Shown here: in pieces, positions 60,612 to 64,000 of the stretch
Layout: each line of letters opens with the position of its first letter
How positions within the stretch are numbered: position 1 is the stretch's first letter
Assembly (NCBI GenBank): GCA_965222375.1
Contig: CBDCTZ010000012.1
Coordinates: forward strand, 640,001-704,000
DNA length: 64,000 nt
Direction: 5' to 3'
Source of the DNA: Polyangiaceae bacterium
GTDB taxonomy: Bacteria; Myxococcota_A; Polyangia; Polyangiales; Polyangiaceae
The notes under the pieces: generated by a model
What the model was told of the DNA's origin: nothing
Databases searched by the model: none
The model's input: only the letters and a program-made list of their open reading frames with translations
Position numbers and translations under genes: made by a program

Positions 60612-60673
60612 TTGTGCCCGGCTCCTGGGCTGCGCTTGATTGTGTCGCGTGGCAAGTGCATGCTCGGAGCTGC

Positions 60674-61576
60674 ATGCACCGGGCAGCTTCGAGATTGGCC
60701 TCGCGCATTGCCGTGGGAGCATGGCTTTGTACCGGCCCACTCTTGGCTCAAGCACCGCCGCCAGAGACCCCAAAAGACGAGCCTGTCGAATCCGGTGAGG
60801 TTCTGAGCGGTGGTGTCGAGGCAGCCCCATCGGCGCCCCCGCCTGGGCCTCAAACGCCGCCACCCGTCGGGCCGCCGCCAGCCCAGCCACCGCCCGCGGG
60901 TCAGCCGCCCCCGGCGGGGCCGTACTACCCGCAGTCGGGTCCGCCCCCACAGGGCCAGCCGCCCCCCGGTCCGTTCTATCCCCCGGCCCGCCCGGTCATG
61001 GTTGCGCCGCCCAAAGAAGAACCCGGACGTCACCTCCACGATGGTTTCTACCTGCGCATGGCGCTGGGGGCCGGCGCGTTGGCCGCGACCTATGAAAGCT
61101 CCACGGCCGCCGGAACCGATGCCGACGTTGGCGGGGCTGGGCTTGGACTCGATCTCTGGATTGGGGGAACTCCCTGGCCCGGGCTCGTGATCGGCGGCGC
61201 CCTCACCGCCAACGCCGTGGACGAACCCCGCGTGGAGGCGGGTGGTGACAGTCGCACGGTGGCCAATACCAGCCTGACCTCTTCGATCCTCGGACTGTTC
61301 GTGGATGGCTTTCCCGATCCGGAGGGGGGCCTTCATATCGGAGGCATGCTGGGCATCGCCACGCTGACTTATCGCGACGACCTAGACGAAGAGCAGCGAC
61401 ACGGTGGCGGCGGGGCGGCGCTATGGGTCGGCTATGCGGGCTGGATCGGCTCTGACTGGTCCTTGGGAGGCATGCTTCGGGGCACCGTTCAAGCAACGGA
61501 ACATGAAGATTCAGACCGGGACGAAAAGGCGAACGCGCGCTCCTTGTCGCTCCTGGTCACAGCGCTGTATCACTGA
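60674..61576 (+). CDS. Pro-rich secreted protein with a C-terminal outer-membrane beta-barrel-like domain
   Basis: Signal peptide; Pro-rich stretch; HDGFYLRMALG and alternating strands; ends LYH. Confidence 0.7.
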   Translation: MHRAASRLASRIAVGAWLCTGPLLAQAPPPETPKDEPVESGEVLSGGVEAAPSAPPPGPQTPPPVGPPPAQPPPAGQPPPAGPYYPQSGPPPQGQPPPGPFYPPARPVMVAPPKEEPGRHLHDGFYLRMALGAGALAATYESSTAAGTDADVGGAGLGLDLWIGGTPWPGLVIGGALTANAVDEPRVEAGGDSRTVANTSLTSSILGLFVDGFPDPEGGLHIGGMLGIATLTYRDDLDEEQRHGGGGAALWVGYAGWIGSDWSLGGMLRGTVQATEHEDSDRDEKANARSLSLLVTALYH

Positions 61577-62784
61577 CCCGTTTTTCCGGACGTGATCCCA
61601 AACACCTGTCCGCTCGAACACGCCAGCACGAGCCGAGAAGGGCCTGTTGGAATCAAGCTTTCGGGATCCGGACAAGCCGTGCCCTTGGCAAGTTGTAGAT
61701 TTCCGTTTGCGGAAACGATGGCCACATCCAACCCCGGTCGCGCGACAGCTACGTGCTTTCTGCTACCAATGATGGGCGGTGAACGCAGGATGCCGAGACC
61801 TGCGCCTCCCCCACCCGGAGCTCGCACTCCGGGTTCCGTGGCGACGCGCCAAGACTCGAGACCCTTGCGGTCGAAGCCCAACACCAACCCTTGCCGACTC
61901 ATGACCAGGAGCTCGCCGTTCGGCAAGACGGTGGGCGGACCCTCCAGCACGCTCGAACCCTGCATCCGAATGTGCCGCGTGTCCATTTTGAGGTTGACGT
62001 CCAGCAGTCGCTTCTCGTCGACAACCGCGCTGACATGTTTGTCCGAAGACAGCGCTGCTCCGCGGCTGATCTTGCCGCCGAAACTCGCGACCCGACGCGG
62101 CGGCTCCGGAGGCTTCCAACTCAGGACCTCCCCCCCCGAGGCGACCAGAATCACATCGCTCCTTCGCGCCAGGACTTCGACGATGTCGTTGGGTAGCCGT
62201 GCCCGAGCTCGCAGGCCCAGGTCCTGGGTGAGCCAGAGCGCTTCGCGACCCGCCGCCACGACGACCCCGCCGCTACTCACAGGTAGCAGGTCCGTCGCCT
62301 TGGAAGCAGACTTAAGGGGCAGCGGATGATGCTTGGGGGGGCCACCGTTTTCGGAAACAGACAGCAGCGCACCTGTGCTCGTCAAGGCGACGCGCGCGCC
62401 GCCTGATAGAATCGCAGGACCCGTGACAACCACGCCTTCAGGGGGGTGGGCGATCCAGCGCTGCTTGCCCTTGCTGTCGAGCTCCACCAGCGCATTGCCG
62501 AGGGTCGAGGCGACTACGTGTCCCCGGCCGTCGCTCACGACTGAGCCTCGAATCCCTCCTGAGATCCGTGCGCGCCAAGAAAGCACCGGGGCGTGGGGCA
62601 GACTCAGGTGGGTGCTGTGGGTTCGTGAGGTGTTGAAGCCTGCCATGGGCGCGGCTCCGCCCGGCGCGCCCACATGCACGTGGATCGTTCGGGTGGGATT
62701 GTGCTCGGTGGCGCTGCCGCGAAGTGCGACGGAGCACAGCGCGAGGACAGCAAGCCACCCCGCCCGCTCATAAGCTTTTGACAT
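61570..62784 (-). CDS. PQQ-like (BamB-type) beta-propeller protein
   Basis: Repeated W-ending strands (LSWR, KQRW, ESWR), GPAI and GPPTV motifs. Confidence 0.7.
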   Translation of the reverse strand: MSKAYERAGWLAVLALCSVALRGSATEHNPTRTIHVHVGAPGGAAPMAGFNTSRTHSTHLSLPHAPVLSWRARISGGIRGSVVSDGRGHVVASTLGNALVELDSKGKQRWIAHPPEGVVVTGPAILSGGARVALTSTGALLSVSENGGPPKHHPLPLKSASKATDLLPVSSGGVVVAAGREALWLTQDLGLRARARLPNDIVEVLARRSDVILVASGGEVLSWKPPEPPRRVASFGGKISRGAALSSDKHVSAVVDEKRLLDVNLKMDTRHIRMQGSSVLEGPPTVLPNGELLVMSRQGLVLGFDRKGLESWRVATEPGVRAPGGGGAGLGILRSPPIIGSRKHVAVARPGLDVAIVSANGNLQLAKGTACPDPESLIPTGPSRLVLACSSGQVFGITSGKTGQ

Positions 62785-64000
62785 GAACGGTGTACTCCTG
62801 AGGGCTTGCGGGGGCGACCTTCGGGTGGGGGGGCGGGCGCAGAGGGTTGGGCACCAAGGTGAGCTCGAGGCAGGCGCGCCGCTGTCCCTCTACGGGAGTC
62901 GGTGGGCTGGCCCAGGGACTCGCGACGTCCCCGGTGCCCGAACTCTTGGGTGGCGAGGAATGTACCCGAACAGGCACGCCATCCGAAGGGCCCTGGCGGG
63001 GCGTGACCTGGAGCACCGCCTCCGGGGGCCGCCCGGTACGAGCCTCATGAACCTCGAACTTGATGGTGCCTGAGCCGGATTTCACGCATACGACATCAAG
63101 ATCCCGCATCCAGCCGAGTCGTCCTTGGAAGGTCGCGCCGGTGCCCAAGATGTTGGCGTCTTTGACGGTGTCGTTGGGTTCGGATTCGTTTTCCGGGTGA
63201 GCATCCGCGGCTTGCACCTCCAGAGTGTAGGTGTCGGAGACGTTTTCTTGGACGAGGGGGGCGGCGGCGCCGTAGCCGTCTCTGTCTTGCATTACGGCGA
63301 TGTAATGTGCCGCGGCTGAGAGTTCCAGAACGGGGATTTCCAGTTCGCGACCCGGTGCGCCGGCGCAATACGTTCCCAAGGGTGAGTCGATGCCTACGCG
63401 ATACACCAAGGCGCACAAACCCATGTTGGGCAGCGACGACAACGCGAGCCGAACTCGGGGTGACTTCTCGGGAACGTCCACCCTGTAGAAGTCGCGGTCG
63501 CTTCGCTCTTGGTCTAGGCGTCGCCCCATCTGTCCTTGGACTTTGCGACCGAAGGGCACGTGGGTCGCTTCACTTGCGGAGTTGTTGGGCTCGCGTTCCG
63601 CACCCGTGAACGTCGGCGTTGCCTGAACCCGCTCGATCAGATGCCATGCGCCAACTACTACGACGATGCCCGTCAAGATCACCGTCGCCCAGGCGAGGAA
63701 TCCCCGTCGCCGCAACTTGCGCTCGTACAGTTCCACTTCTCCACGGGTGACGGCATCCGAGTCGGCCCGAGCGAGGGCGTGCATTTGACCGCTGTCGAGC
63801 AGCAAGTCCACACTCGTCTGTCCCTGCTCTTTGAGCTCATCGACCAGAGCATGCTGCAGTTCTTCGACCGACTGAAATCGGTCCGCGGCATCCTTCTCAA
63901 GCGCTTTCATCACGATCGACGCCACGCCCGCCGAGATACCGAGCTCCGGGAATCTGGTCATCGGGTTCTCGGGCTTCTCGACCAAGTGCTTGGTCAGAAC
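62768..64000 (-). CDS. Ser/Thr kinase, C-terminal part (5' end outside window), with TM and extracellular EPN/PPC-like repeats
   Basis: IVMKALEKDAADRFQS kinase C-lobe; TM; EREPNN, ESEPND, DRDFYRV. Confidence 0.8.
   Translation of the reverse strand, partial: VLTKHLVEKPENPMTRFPELGISAGVASIVMKALEKDAADRFQSVEELQHALVDELKEQGQTSVDLLLDSGQMHALARADSDAVTRGEVELYERKLRRRGFLAWATVILTGIVVVVGAWHLIERVQATPTFTGAEREPNNSASEATHVPFGRKVQGQMGRRLDQERSDRDFYRVDVPEKSPRVRLALSSLPNMGLCALVYRVGIDSPLGTYCAGAPGRELEIPVLELSAAAHYIAVMQDRDGYGAAAPLVQENVSDTYTLEVQAADAHPENESEPNDTVKDANILGTGATFQGRLGWMRDLDVVCVKSGSGTIKFEVHEARTGRPPEAVLQVTPRQGPSDGVPVRVHSSPPKSSGTGDVASPWASPPTPVEGQRRACLELTLVPNPLRPPPHPKVAPASPQEYTVHVKSL

Overview
GC-rich bacterial chromosomal DNA. 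The gene content (AglRQS-like motors, a GltJ/AgmX-like protein, MshEN-REC-TPR, Ser/Thr kinases, Gly/Thr-rich lipoproteins, a sigma32-family factor) suggests Myxococcota, probably Polyangiales; this is an inference. All calls come from motif recognition and no searches were run. In order, the window holds: a SWIM-SNF2 helicase; a full-length but catalytically degenerate membrane pyrophosphatase homologue; two divergent MotA/ExbB + 2x ExbD operons; 5-oxoprolinase; an ethylmalonyl-CoA pathway cluster (mch, mcd, ccr, thiolase, ecm, meaB) interrupted by clpS-clpA; korAB; a kinase/TPR/lipoprotein block; a tightly coupled NtrC - zincin peptidase - ATP-grasp - queA - tgt operon; RNase P RNA; an rpoH-like gene; and erpA/iscA. 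The best candidate for an undescribed system is at 54050-57717. There, a radical SAM/SPASM gene, a 124-aa lipoprotein-like precursor with four D-x-x-x-D...P-x-[PV]-C-L repeats, and a cobalamin-dependent radical SAM enzyme fused to a protein-isoaspartate methyltransferase domain form a tightly packed operon, divergent from a secreted S41 peptidase. This looks like a RiPP-type or lipoprotein post-translational modification system. No tRNA, rRNA, CRISPR array or transposase was seen.
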